A stretch of 40,570 nucleotides of DNA from Deferrisomatales bacterium (GTDB taxonomy: Bacteria > Desulfobacterota > Deferrisomatia > Deferrisomatales > JACRMM01). Shown here one piece after another: positions 30,978 to 40,517 of the stretch. The translations under genes were made by a program, and so were the position numbers. The DNA lies in NCBI GenBank assembly GCA_033551855.1, contig JAWSUI010000033.1, positions 1 to 40,570 on the forward strand. Reading direction: 5' to 3'. The notes beneath the pieces are model-generated. The model made no database searches and was not told the DNA's origin. It saw only the letters and a list, made by a program, of their open reading frames with translations. The number at the start of each line of letters is the position of its first letter. The first letter of the stretch is position 1.

Positions 30978-31981
30978 GGATTCCTCCAACCCAGCACCCC
31001 CCGGGTCCAGCTCTCGAGCTCCCGGAAGACGCGGTCGGGGTTCAGCCCCGTGAGGCAGGCGAGCTCCTTGGGGCAGGTCTTGAACCTACAGGGCTGGCAG
31101 TCGAGGCCCAGGGACAGGTGGGCGTGCTCCGGAGCGGGATGGGTCCAGCCCGCGTTGGTGGCTCCCATGATCGTGAAGCTCGGGACCCCCACCCCCACCG
31201 CCACGTGCCGGGGTGCGGAGCAGTTGCCCAGGTGCAGGTCGGCAGCCGAGACCAGCGCCGCCATCTCGCGGAGCGTCGTCGGAGGGGACTTGACCGCCCG
31301 TCCCCCGGAGAGGGCCACGACCTCGTCGGCCACCGCCTCCTCGCCGGGTCCCCGGAGCACGAGCGGCACCGCACCCAGGCGCTCCTGGAGCATGCGGCAG
31401 AGCGCGCCGTAGTGGGCCGCCGGCCACTGCCGCATCGGACGGCGGTGGCTGGGGTCCACCGTGACCAGTCGTCGGAAGCACCCCCCGAGCCACTCCTGCT
31501 TCCACGTCTCGGCCCACTGCCTCTCCCCGGGGCTCAGAAAGATCTCCGGCCGGTCCCAGGCGCTCTGGATGCCCAGGGGGCGCAGGATCGCCTTCTTGTG
31601 CTCCACCGCCCAGCCGCTCGGGCGCACCCGGTGGGTGTAGAGGATGCCCCTCCCCTTCACCGGATAGGAAACCCGAATCCTCGCGCCGGAGAGGACCGCC
31701 AGCACTGCAGAGCGGGGGTTCCCCATGAAGTCGAGCACCGCGTCGAAGCGTTCCCGCCGAAGCTCCCGGGCCACGCGAAGGGTCTCGCCCCAGCCGCCCT
31801 TCCGGTCCCCCAGGATCACGCGGTCGATGTGGGGGTTTCCCTCCAGGAGGAGGTGGCTCGGCGGCTCGGTGAGGAAGACCACCCGGCATCCCGGCCGCTC
31901 CTCCTTGAGGATGTGGGGTATCGGCGTCGTGAGCACGACGTCGCCGATCTGGCGAAGCTGGATGACGAGGAACCTCTCCAT
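30974..31981 (-). CDS. Glycosyltransferase family 9 (heptosyltransferase-like)
   Basis: LVIQLRQIGDVVLTTP, RQWP, NCSAPRHVAVGVGVP, CQPC; start could be up to 32026. Confidence 0.9.
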   Translation of the reverse strand: MERFLVIQLRQIGDVVLTTPIPHILKEERPGCRVVFLTEPPSHLLLEGNPHIDRVILGDRKGGWGETLRVARELRRERFDAVLDFMGNPRSAVLAVLSGARIRVSYPVKGRGILYTHRVRPSGWAVEHKKAILRPLGIQSAWDRPEIFLSPGERQWAETWKQEWLGGCFRRLVTVDPSHRRPMRQWPAAHYGALCRMLQERLGAVPLVLRGPGEEAVADEVVALSGGRAVKSPPTTLREMAALVSAADLHLGNCSAPRHVAVGVGVPSFTIMGATNAGWTHPAPEHAHLSLGLDCQPCRFKTCPKELACLTGLNPDRVFRELESWTRGVLGWRNP

Positions 31982-32009
31982 CACCACACGCGATTCCCCA
32001 TCCAGAACG

Positions 32010-32927
32010 TCATGGCGCACGGCCAAGTCCGGCCGCCGTTAGTCGGCTCTCAAGCTCCGGCAGCCAGTCCGGAACCTCCCGCGCCGCCGTGTACCCTTCC
32101 AGGAAAGCGCGGGTCTCTTCGGCGGACACCTGTGGAATGCTTGAGAGATACCGGCGGTGACATGTCAACGTGCGACGACGGTTGGGGACACGCCAGGGGA
32201 ACACGTTATCGAAATCCAAGAATGCTATGGAAAACCCAGAAGAGTGCGCATCGACCATGGTGTTCTTGTCGGCATCCTCGGTATAGACTCCCGCCTTGTG
32301 CAGGCGCCCAAGCTCCTTTCCGAGGGACATGAAAAACGATAGATTCTGTGTCTTGGACTCTCCGGTCAGCGTACTACAAAAGGTTTTCAACGGAACAAAA
32401 CCATCCTCCAGTCTCTCCGTAAAAACAACTGAATATTGAATCATCCCGCACGACAGAAGGTCCACTACGGCCAACGGGGCAGGCACCCGAATGTCTCTCG
32501 CAGACAAATATGCGATTGTTGCAGCATTTCTGCGGGCTTCCGAAAAATACAATGAGCTCTGCAGCACCTGTGTCCAGCGCGGATAGAAATAGACCTTCGC
32601 AATAAAAACCGATCCTCCTGCCTTTATGGGATACTCCACAAAAACGTACCTCGTCCGACGCCCGGAAACATCCCTGAGAGTCCGACGGAACTCTGACAAA
32701 GAACAAATATCATCCCATTTGCCAAGAACGTCATAAACTTGACGTCTGGAAAAAGAGTCATACTTCCAGATTCTCCTCCGAAGTCTCGTTCCATTGAACG
32801 TCATGTGATCTACACTGATGTTCACACGATAATGCGCAAGCATCAGACGCCAGCGCTCAAACGTACTTTCTTTGGCGGCATCTCGCGACTGGTGCATATC
32901 GTCTCGTTCTGTACCTTTTCTTGCCAT
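32010..32927 (-). CDS. Divergent, A+T-rich LPS kinase-like protein (Kdo/WaaP/InaA-like)
   Basis: FIAKVY, VPAPLA, LGRLHKAGVYTEDADKNTMV, FLDFD; composition visibly A+T-richer than flanks. Confidence 0.75.
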   Translation of the reverse strand: MARKGTERDDMHQSRDAAKESTFERWRLMLAHYRVNISVDHMTFNGTRLRRRIWKYDSFSRRQVYDVLGKWDDICSLSEFRRTLRDVSGRRTRYVFVEYPIKAGGSVFIAKVYFYPRWTQVLQSSLYFSEARRNAATIAYLSARDIRVPAPLAVVDLLSCGMIQYSVVFTERLEDGFVPLKTFCSTLTGESKTQNLSFFMSLGKELGRLHKAGVYTEDADKNTMVDAHSSGFSIAFLDFDNVFPWRVPNRRRTLTCHRRYLSSIPQVSAEETRAFLEGYTAAREVPDWLPELESRLTAAGLGRAP

Positions 32928-33086
32928 CAGCCCACAGACAATGAAATCATGTCGTTTCTGTCCGCAAAGCGGGCGGACTTGCTCAACAAATCATCTCGTT
33001 GTGGAGTTGTTTGCTTCCACATGACCTGGAGACTCCGCGCGGCAACGATGGGGGCTGCGAGCTCGGGAAGCTGCACCACGAGAGGA

Positions 33087-33680
33087 CTACCCGTCACCAA
33101 GGGGCGTTTCGAGGCACGAGATCGATGTGCCGCAGGCTCCCGCTCCGTGGAGTTGCCCCTCCCTTTCGTCGGGGCGGGCTCCGCCCCACCGTGCTAAGGC
33201 CCCGAGCGCCTGCGCCCCCTCTCCGGCGCCCGCGAAACCCCCGACCCCCAACAGGCTCTTCACTTTCTCGGCGACGCGCTCGGAAGGAATCTCGTCGATC
33301 GCCTCCCCCTTCGCCGCGAGCAGCGACCGGTGTGGAGGCTCCAGCGGGCGCCACAGATCGTAGTTGAACTGCCGGCACAAGGCCACCGAAGGGGTCCGAA
33401 CGGCTTGGGCGAGGTGCAGGACCCCCGTGCATGGGAAGACCAGAGTGTCCATTTCCGACACGGCGCCGGCAAGCCCATCGAGCGGCAGGAGACGCGCCAG
33501 GAGCACCCCTTCCCCTTCCGCCAAGGCGCGGGCCCCCTCGGCCTCGGCGGGGTGCGCACCCCGGAGGATCACCACCTGCGCGGCGCCCGCGAGTCTCAGG
33601 ACCAGGCCGCGCGATTTCTCGAGGGAATAGGTGTCCCGGCCCGCCTTCCTGTGCTTACCGAGCTCGACGGCCACCGCTAA
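33087..33680 (-). pseudogene. C-terminal half of a GT9 heptosyltransferase-like gene without start or N-domain
   Basis: LDGLAGAVSEMDTLVFPCTGVLHLAQAVRTPSVAL...WRP...IDEIPSERV matches the GT9 C-domain pattern; upstream part of the frame is occupied by the neighbouring GT9 gene. Confidence 0.65.
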
Positions 33681-34729
33681 TGCGTGCCATGAACTCCGCT
33701 CGCGCCCCGTTCCGTGACGGCCGATTCGTCTACCGCTCGGACGACGGCTTCGCTTACTGCTCGGGGCTCGATCTCCACCAGACAGCGGTGGTGCCCCACC
33801 CGACAGCCCTCCCCGCCGTGCACGCTGCACGGCCTGCACGGGAGCGCCTGCTCCAACACCACGTCTCGGGGCCCCAGGGGGTAGAAGCCGAAGCCCTGCA
33901 CCGTCGGCCCGAAGAGCGCCACCGCGGGCGTACCGACGGCGCCGGCCAGGTGCAGGGGCGCCGAGTCGTTGGTGACGAGGGCCCGGGCCTCCTCCAGAAC
34001 GGCAGCCGTCTCCAGCACACCTGTCGTTCCCGCCAAATTGGCTCCTCGCTCGCCATCGAGGATGCGGGCGCACAGCCCGCGGTCCTCGGTGCTGCCGACG
34101 AGCACCGGAAATACGCGACCTTCGGGACCACCGAGATTCCTGACGAGCTCCCGCCAGTGCCCTTCGGGCCAGGCCTTGGCAGACCATCGGGCCGCGGGCG
34201 CCAGCACCACAACGGGCTCCCCCTCCCGCCAGCCGGCCTGGGAGAGCAGCCATCGGGCGCGGGATCGCTCAGCGTCCCCGGGATACATGCGAGGTGCCCT
34301 ACGCAACGGTCGCACCCCGAGGGGCTTCATGGCGCCCAGGTAGCGGTCGACGACGTGGGACGCGCCCAGCAGCCCGGGTCTTCCCAGGGCAACGGCGATC
34401 CTTCGTCGAAGGCTTCCCTTCGAGTAGCGGGTCCAACGAGGGCCGGGAACCAGGAGGCGTAAGAGGTGAGTCCGAAGATTGGCATGCAGGTCGACGATCC
34501 AGCCGTAGCGTTCCGCCCGAAGCTTCTGCGCCAGCGTCGTCAGGCCCTGCGCCGGCTCCCACTCCACGAGTCCCGCCACCCCGGGGTTTCGCTGGAAAAC
34601 CTCCCGGAAGGCCGGCTTGGTGAGGACGTGGACCTCGGCATCCGGCCGGTCGTCGCGCAAGGCCTCCACGGCGGCGGTCGCGAGGATCACATCCCCCAGG
34701 GAGGAGAAGCGGATCAGGAGGACCTTCAC
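33677..34729 (-). CDS. Glycosyltransferase family 9 (WaaF-like heptosyltransferase)
   Basis: VLLIRFSSLGDVIL, DLHANLR, KAWP, VTNDSAPLHLAGAVGTP, LFGPT, CRPCS. Confidence 0.92.
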   Translation of the reverse strand: MKVLLIRFSSLGDVILATAAVEALRDDRPDAEVHVLTKPAFREVFQRNPGVAGLVEWEPAQGLTTLAQKLRAERYGWIVDLHANLRTHLLRLLVPGPRWTRYSKGSLRRRIAVALGRPGLLGASHVVDRYLGAMKPLGVRPLRRAPRMYPGDAERSRARWLLSQAGWREGEPVVVLAPAARWSAKAWPEGHWRELVRNLGGPEGRVFPVLVGSTEDRGLCARILDGERGANLAGTTGVLETAAVLEEARALVTNDSAPLHLAGAVGTPAVALFGPTVQGFGFYPLGPRDVVLEQALPCRPCSVHGGEGCRVGHHRCLVEIEPRAVSEAVVRAVDESAVTERGASGVHGTH

Positions 34730-35835
34730 AGCTCGGCCCCCAAACCTGGAAGCTCCCGATACAACGCGAGGTTGCCCTCCACCATCCTGTCGACGCTGAA
34801 ATCTTGCTCAACCTTCCGATGGCCCTCTTCAGCGAGTGCACATGCCAACTCTGAATCGCTCAGCAACCGAGAGAGGGCGCTTGCCAGCGCTTTGGGGTCA
34901 CGAGGGGGTACCAGGAGACCTTCACGCCCATCCTCTATGATGTCCGGAACGCCGCCGGTGCGTGTTGCCACGACTGGTTTGCGGGCCGCCAGCGCGTCCA
35001 GGACGATCGTGCCGAGTCCCTCGAGATGAGAGGGAAGCACGAAAACGTCCAAAGCGTCCAAGATGGCTGCCACATCGCGCCGAAAACCGGTGAAGACGAG
35101 ATGGCCTCCCAAGCCAAGGGCGTCCGCCCGCGCCTTCAATTCTACCTCCAACTCGCCATGCCCCACGATTACGAACTTCGCCCTTGGGAAATCCCGAAGC
35201 ACTAGCGGTACTGCCTCCACCAGGTACCGCTGGCCCTTGTGGTCTGCCAAGTGACCAATGTTGCCAATGAGTGGCTGGTTCTCCGCTAACCCCAACTCTT
35301 CACGGAACGCCCTTCCTTCCCCAGGCGTTCCCCTGTTCAACTCAACTCCGCTCGGCACGAGCCGAATCCGTTCAATTGGAACCCCGACCCCGATGAGGAT
35401 GTCTTGGATGGCGCGGCTGATCGCTACGAATCGTGCCACCCTTGGGCCGTACTTCCAGCGGTTGAGGAAGTGGCGTCCGGGAACGAAATCCACCCGCCGG
35501 GTCACCACCACGTTGCGAATGCCCGACATTGCCGACCCCAAGAGTCCGAGAGTCTGCGCGTGGGAACTGTGGAGATGCACATGCGTAGCCCCCGAAATCC
35601 GAAGTGCCGATGCGATTCTCCACGCGGAGGCCAAATCCCACTCTCCCCGCAGGGCGAGGCCCGTCACCGGCAGTCCCTCGGCCTGCGCCCGGGCGAGAAG
35701 CTCTCCGCCCGAAGAGCACAGGAGGTGGCTCTCTATTCCCCGCCGAAGCAGACCACGGTGCAGGAAGAGAACCTGCCGCTGCCCGCCCCGCCAGGTGAGC
35801 CCCGTATCGACGTGGAGAACACGCGGTGCCCTCAC
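34726..35835 (-). CDS. Glycosyltransferase family 4
   Basis: VLHVDTGLTWRGGQRQ, TRRVDF, HKGQ, EGLGTIVLDALAARKPVVATRTGG. Confidence 0.92.
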   Translation of the reverse strand: MRAPRVLHVDTGLTWRGGQRQVLFLHRGLLRRGIESHLLCSSGGELLARAQAEGLPVTGLALRGEWDLASAWRIASALRISGATHVHLHSSHAQTLGLLGSAMSGIRNVVVTRRVDFVPGRHFLNRWKYGPRVARFVAISRAIQDILIGVGVPIERIRLVPSGVELNRGTPGEGRAFREELGLAENQPLIGNIGHLADHKGQRYLVEAVPLVLRDFPRAKFVIVGHGELEVELKARADALGLGGHLVFTGFRRDVAAILDALDVFVLPSHLEGLGTIVLDALAARKPVVATRTGGVPDIIEDGREGLLVPPRDPKALASALSRLLSDSELACALAEEGHRKVEQDFSVDRMVEGNLALYRELPGLGAEL

Positions 35836-36192
35836 GCAGCCCCCCCCAGCAAGTCGTCGCAGGCTTTCAGGACGACCTCCGACGCGATGTCCCCCGTGCA
35901 GCGAAAATGGCCGTGGGCACAACTCCTTCCCCCGTGGGGACCGCAAGGGCGACCGTTCAGGTCGGCCTCTACCACCCGAGACGCCGTGTGGAAGGGGGCG
36001 AAGCCCAGGGCGCGGGGGGTGGCGCCGGCGACCGTCACCGTGGGTGTTCCCCGGGCCGCCGCCACGTGGACGGGGCTCGCGTCGTTCGTCACCGGGACCT
36101 CCAGGCGGTCATCCAGGGAGCCGGGGACTGGATACATACAGCTCACACGGCACCCGGGGAGCGGCTCCTTCGGGGTGCTCGGGCCGCCTCAC
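35832..36192 (-). pseudogene. Internally deleted GT9 gene; 3' part duplicates 38282..38546
   Basis: DRLEVPVTNDASPVHVAAARGTPTV...FHTASRVVE is nearly identical to the C-terminus of 38152..39291; 1-nt deletion near 36110; residual GTG overlaps the msbA stop at 36192. Confidence 0.85.
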
Positions 36193-37945
36193 CCTGCTCC
36201 CTCCCCGCCCGTCGGCGACGGCCCGAACTGCAGCTCGCACAGCCTCGCGTACTCCCCGCTCCGCGCGAGGAGCTCGTCGTGGGTGCCCCTCTCCACCACC
36301 TGCCCGTCGCGCAGAAAGAGGATCTGGTCCGCGTCGCGCACCGTGGACAGCCGGTGGGCGATCACGAAGGTCGTGCGCCCCTGGACCAAGGCCTGGAGGG
36401 CCATCTGGACGGCCTTTTCCGACTCGGAGTCCAGCGCGCTCGTGGCCTCGTCCAGGATCAGGATCGGCGCGTCGCGAAGGATCGCCCGGGCGATGGCCAG
36501 ACGCTGCTTCTGTCCGCCGCTCAGAAGATCTCCCCGCTCCCCGATCGGGGTGTCGTACCCCAGGGGCAGGGCCGCGATGAACTCGTGGGCCTGGGCCGCC
36601 TTCGCGGCCGCGACGATCTCCTCCTCGCCGGCGTCGGCACGGCCCACCAGGATGTTCGAGCGCACCGTGTCGTTGAACAGGAAAGTGTCCTGCGTCACCA
36701 CCGCCATGGCCGAGCGCAGGCTCGGCACGGTGTACTCGCGGATGTCCCGCCCGTTGATCCGCACCGAGCCCGCAGTGACGTCGTAGAAACGGGGCAGGAG
36801 CTTCAGGACGGTGGACTTTCCGCCCCCGCTCGGGCCGACCAGCGCCACCACCTCCCCCTCCACCGCCCGCAGGGACACCCCCCGCAGGACCTCCGGCCCC
36901 TCGGTGCGGTACGAGAAGTGCGCGTCCACGAGCTCCACCGTGCGCACCGGCCGCTCCAGCGTCGCCTCCCCGCCGCTCTCGCAGGGCGCCGTGGGGAAGT
37001 CGAGCTGCGTCAGCACGCGCTCCGCGGAGACCAGGGCCAGCTGCAGGGACGTGGTGGCGGTGCCGCCTCGTTTCAAGGGGTCGTAGAGCTTGAAGAGCGC
37101 CGTGAGGAAGCTGAAGAACTCCCCCCGGCGTCGAGGCGCCGCGGATGACCTGGTAGCCGCCGTACCAGATGATGGCGGCCCCCCCGACCGCCCCCACGAA
37201 CTCCATGAAGGGCGCCGTGGCTTCCGTCACTTTGGCGATCTTCAGTCCGACCCCCCGGATCCGGTCCGAGCCCACCCGAAAGCGCCGGGTCTCCCGGGGC
37301 TCGGCCCCGAACACCTTCACGACCCGGATGCCGGCGAACGCCTCGTTGATGATGCTGGACAGGATCCCCAAGCTGACCTGTCCCTTCTTTCCGTACGTTC
37401 GGACTAGATAATGGATTCGCTTCAGGGGTATCGCTGTTATTGGAAATACGAGAACGGCTATCGTCGCCAGGAACCAGTCACGCTGGAACAAAACTACGGC
37501 TAGACCGGCAGCAGTGAACAGCTGGCGTATGATGCCAATGGCATCCGGAACCGCCCGCTGCATATTGATGACGTCATTCGTGATGAGGACCATCAGATCT
37601 CCTGTGGTGGTCCTCTCGAAAAACCCCATATCCCTCCGGATCAAAGTACCAAATATCTTCCCGTATCCTCATGATGACGGATTCGCTCATCCACCGCATG
37701 ACATACGACTGCACATATCTGGCAACGCCCTTGACCAGATACAGGACGATCACCCCGACGGGGAGGAGGACCAGCATGCGCTCGTCCTTGTTGATGAAGA
37801 TGTCGTCCAGCACGGGCTTCACCAGCCACGCGGTTGCCCCGGCGCTGGCGGCGACCACCAGCATGCAGGTGAGGGAAAGCGCCAAGCCGCGCCAGTACGG
37901 CACGAAGTAGCGGCCGACCCGTTTCAGAATCGTGAGTGTGCCCAT
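36189..37945 (-). pseudogene. msbA: MsbA-like lipid A/LPS ABC exporter with two frameshifts
   Basis: TM N-terminus (LVKPVLDDIF) in one frame, the middle part (TTGDLM..ITNDV, GIRVVKVF) in a second and the NBD ([36 protein letters not shown]) in a third. Shifts near 37651-37653 and at C6 37121-37126. Confidence 0.88.
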
Positions 37946-38151
37946 CGTCGACCGACCTCGTCTCGCTCTGACTGGGGCCTGCTCAACCGCCGCCGGGTCT
38001 TTTCCACCAGCGCCCCAGGACCCGCGTCACCGCACCGGCGGAGGACGTCGAGCCGCGGTCGTCCCGCACCGCGCTGCCGTGCTCTCGGTGAAGCGCCCTC
38101 GGGGCATCCCCCGGCACCATCTCCGGGGTGGTCGGGCCGGATCTCACCAGG

Positions 38152-39291
38152 TCACGAATCCAGTGGTCGATCGGCCGCGCTCCCCTGCGCCCGATCGGCC
38201 CTCGACGCGACGGCCTTCCCGTGGTGTTTGCCGACGGTACGGCCGGCGAGCCCTCCGGTCAACGCCACCTCCTCGGCGAGCTCGTCGCAGGCCTTCAGCA
38301 ACGCCTCCGGAGCCACGTCCCCCATGCAGCGAAAGTGGCCCCTGGGGCAGGCCTTGCCGCCGTGGAGGCCGCAGGGGCGGCACTCGAGGTCCACCTCCAC
38401 GACCCGCGACGCCGTGTGGAAGGGGGTGAAGCCCAAGGCGCGGGTGGTGGGGCCGAAGACCGCCACCGTGGGCGTTCCCCGGGCCGCGGCCACGTGGACG
38501 GGGCTCGAGTCGTTCGTCACCAGGAGCTCCAGGCGGTCCATCCAGGCGGCCAGGGCCTTGAGGGGAGTCGTCCCGACGGCCTGGACAGCCCCCGGTCCGA
38601 TCCCGGCGCACACCGCCTCGGCGGCCTCCCGGTCCCCCGGCCCGCCCAGGATCACCACCCGGTACCCCCGCTCCCGAAGCCCCCGTCCCACCGCCGCGAA
38701 CCCCTCTGGGGTCCAGCGCTTCGTGGCCCAGACCGAACCGGGGCACAGGCCCGCGAGGCGTTCGCAGGGCCCTACCCCGGCGCCCGAGAGGACCGCGTCC
38801 ACGCGCGCCGCCTCCGCAGGAGTGTACCCCACGTGAAGCACCCGATCCTCCGCCACGGGGCCGGCTCCCACGCCCCGCAGGAGCTCGAGGTTTCGGTCCA
38901 CCTCGTGGAGCTTCAGGGGACGAGGCACCCTGCGGTGATAGCAGCGGGCGAACCCGGCGTCGGCAAATCCCACCCGGAGCGGCACCCGGGAGAGGAGGGA
39001 GAGCAGCGCCGTACGATGGGACCGATGGGGAGCGAGGAGAAGATCGAAGTGCCTGGCCTTTATCTTTTGCAAACCAGCAACGAAACCCTCTCCAGACTTC
39101 TTTGCATAGGGGAGCACCTCATCAAGATATGGATCCTCTTCCAGGAGGGGCGCAGCCTCGGGGGTCACCAGGGCCTCGAGCCGCGCGCCCGGGTAGATGC
39201 GGCGCAGGGCCCGGAAAAGAGGGGTCGTGAGCACCACGTCGCCCAGGAACGCGGTCTGGACCACGAGGATCCGGCGCGGCGCGTCAGCCAC
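38152..39291 (-). CDS. Glycosyltransferase family 9 (WaaF-like heptosyltransferase)
   Basis: RILVVQTAFLGDVVLTTP, PGSVWATKRW, VTNDSSPVHVAAA, CRPCGLHG..CP.GHFRCM. Confidence 0.92.
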   Translation of the reverse strand: MADAPRRILVVQTAFLGDVVLTTPLFRALRRIYPGARLEALVTPEAAPLLEEDPYLDEVLPYAKKSGEGFVAGLQKIKARHFDLLLAPHRSHRTALLSLLSRVPLRVGFADAGFARCYHRRVPRPLKLHEVDRNLELLRGVGAGPVAEDRVLHVGYTPAEAARVDAVLSGAGVGPCERLAGLCPGSVWATKRWTPEGFAAVGRGLRERGYRVVILGGPGDREAAEAVCAGIGPGAVQAVGTTPLKALAAWMDRLELLVTNDSSPVHVAAARGTPTVAVFGPTTRALGFTPFHTASRVVEVDLECRPCGLHGGKACPRGHFRCMGDVAPEALLKACDELAEEVALTGGLAGRTVGKHHGKAVASRADRAQGSAADRPLDS

Positions 39292-40114
39292 CGTCCCTCC
39301 AGGGGCGCCGGTCGCCGACCCGTTCGGCCTCCCAGAGCTTGGCGAGCTTGAGGAAGACGTAGAAGGACGACAGGACCGCCACGAAGAACCCGGGGGCCCC
39401 GTCGAGGAACCCCCGCTTCAGGACGTACTTCTTGAGGAATTCCAAGGGGGGGCGCAAGACCAGGCTCGCCCAGGAGAAGCGCCGGCCGCGGGCACGGTGC
39501 TCCCGGGCGAGGATGGAGCTGAAGCGGTTGAGGGTGCGGACGTGGTCCTCGAGGTCGTCGTAGGTGTAGTGGACGATCTCGCCGCCCAGGTCGCCGACCC
39601 GCCCGTCCACCGTCACGTCGTAGTGGGGGTCGATCCCCTCCCACCGCCCCCGGTCCCGCCGGAAGAGTCGCACCCTCGGCTCCGGGTACCAACCCGAGTG
39701 GTCGATCCAGCGGCCAAGGTAGTGGACGTGGCGGCTCACACGAAAGCCCTCCACCTCCGGGTCACCCTCCAACGCCAGTCCGATCTCCCGAGCCAGTTCG
39801 GGGGTCACGCGCTCGTCGGCGTCGATCGAGAGGACCCACTCGCCCCGGGCCTCGGCTCTGGCGTAGTTCTGCTGCGCCACGTAGCCCGGCCAATCCCGCT
39901 CGATCACCCGATCCGCCAGCTCCCGGCAGATCTCCAGGGTGCCGTCGGTGCTCCCGGAATCCACGACCACCACCTCGTCGCAGAACCGCACGCTCTCGAG
40001 GCAGCCGCGGATCTTCTCGGCCTCGTCCTGGCAGATCACGGTGGCCGAGAGCGTAGGCCGGTCGGGGGAGGCCGGGGAAGGGCTCTGGCCTTCGAGCCTG
40101 GCCGCCACCTTCAA
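39284..40114 (-). CDS. Glycosyltransferase family 2 (WaaE/KdtX-like)
   Basis: LSATVICQDE, VVDSGSTDGT, WVLSIDADERV, GWYPE..VRLFRR, GFLDGAPG; start uncertain. Confidence 0.92.
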   Translation of the reverse strand: MKVAARLEGQSPSPASPDRPTLSATVICQDEAEKIRGCLESVRFCDEVVVVDSGSTDGTLEICRELADRVIERDWPGYVAQQNYARAEARGEWVLSIDADERVTPELAREIGLALEGDPEVEGFRVSRHVHYLGRWIDHSGWYPEPRVRLFRRDRGRWEGIDPHYDVTVDGRVGDLGGEIVHYTYDDLEDHVRTLNRFSSILAREHRARGRRFSWASLVLRPPLEFLKKYVLKRGFLDGAPGFFVAVLSSFYVFLKLAKLWEAERVGDRRPWRDGG

Positions 40115-40125
40115 GCTTCAAGCCT

Positions 40126-40170
40126 CATGGGACCCATGGGACCTATGGGACATATGGGACGGGTGGGATC
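40126..40170. repeat. 9-bp tandem array downstream of the Trm112-family gene
   Basis: catgggacc catgggacc tatgggaca tatgggacg ggtgggatc. Confidence 0.85.
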
Positions 40171-40193
40171 CGCCGCGCTTTGCCCAGGAGATC

Positions 40194-40373
40194 TCATTCC
40201 CCCTCGTCCAAAGGCGTGGCCTCTTCGATCAGCATGACCGGGATGTCGTCCTCGATCCGGTACCGCAGCTTGCACGTGCGGCACACGAGGGCGGACTCGG
40301 CCTCGCGGTAGTCGAGGTCTCCCTTGCACTGGGGGCAGGCGAGGATTTCGAGGAGATCGGGTGAGAGAGCCAT
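40194..40373 (-). CDS. Trm112/YcaR (UPF0434) family protein
   Basis: LLEILACPQCKGDL...LVCRTCKLRYRIEDDIPVMLIEEA; GGAGG RBS; 59 aa. Confidence 0.93.
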   Translation of the reverse strand: MALSPDLLEILACPQCKGDLDYREAESALVCRTCKLRYRIEDDIPVMLIEEATPLDEGE

Positions 40374-40410
40374 GGGGAGCCTCCGACGTGGAGAGAAGCG
40401 AGGATGAAAG

Positions 40411-40491
40411 TCATGGGACCCATGGGACGAATAGGCCGTATGAAAACCGCGAACCGTCCCATGAGTCCTATCGGTCCGATCGGTCCCATGA
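40411..40491. repeat. Inverted pair of 9-bp tandem arrays upstream of the Trm112-family gene
   Basis: catgggacc catgggacg aataggccg ... cgtcccatg agtcctatc ggtccgatc ggtcccatg; bounded by perfect 10-bp IR tcatgggacc/ggtcccatga. Confidence 0.85.
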
Positions 40492-40517
40492 CTCCCGGGC
40501 CGAGGGGGACCCAATCT

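Noticed and set aside
37946..38270. Possible eroded lpxB remnant upstream of msbA, including the odd C-terminal extension of the GT9
   Set aside because: No convincing GEASGD or other LpxB motif in any frame; the suggestion came only from expected gene order.
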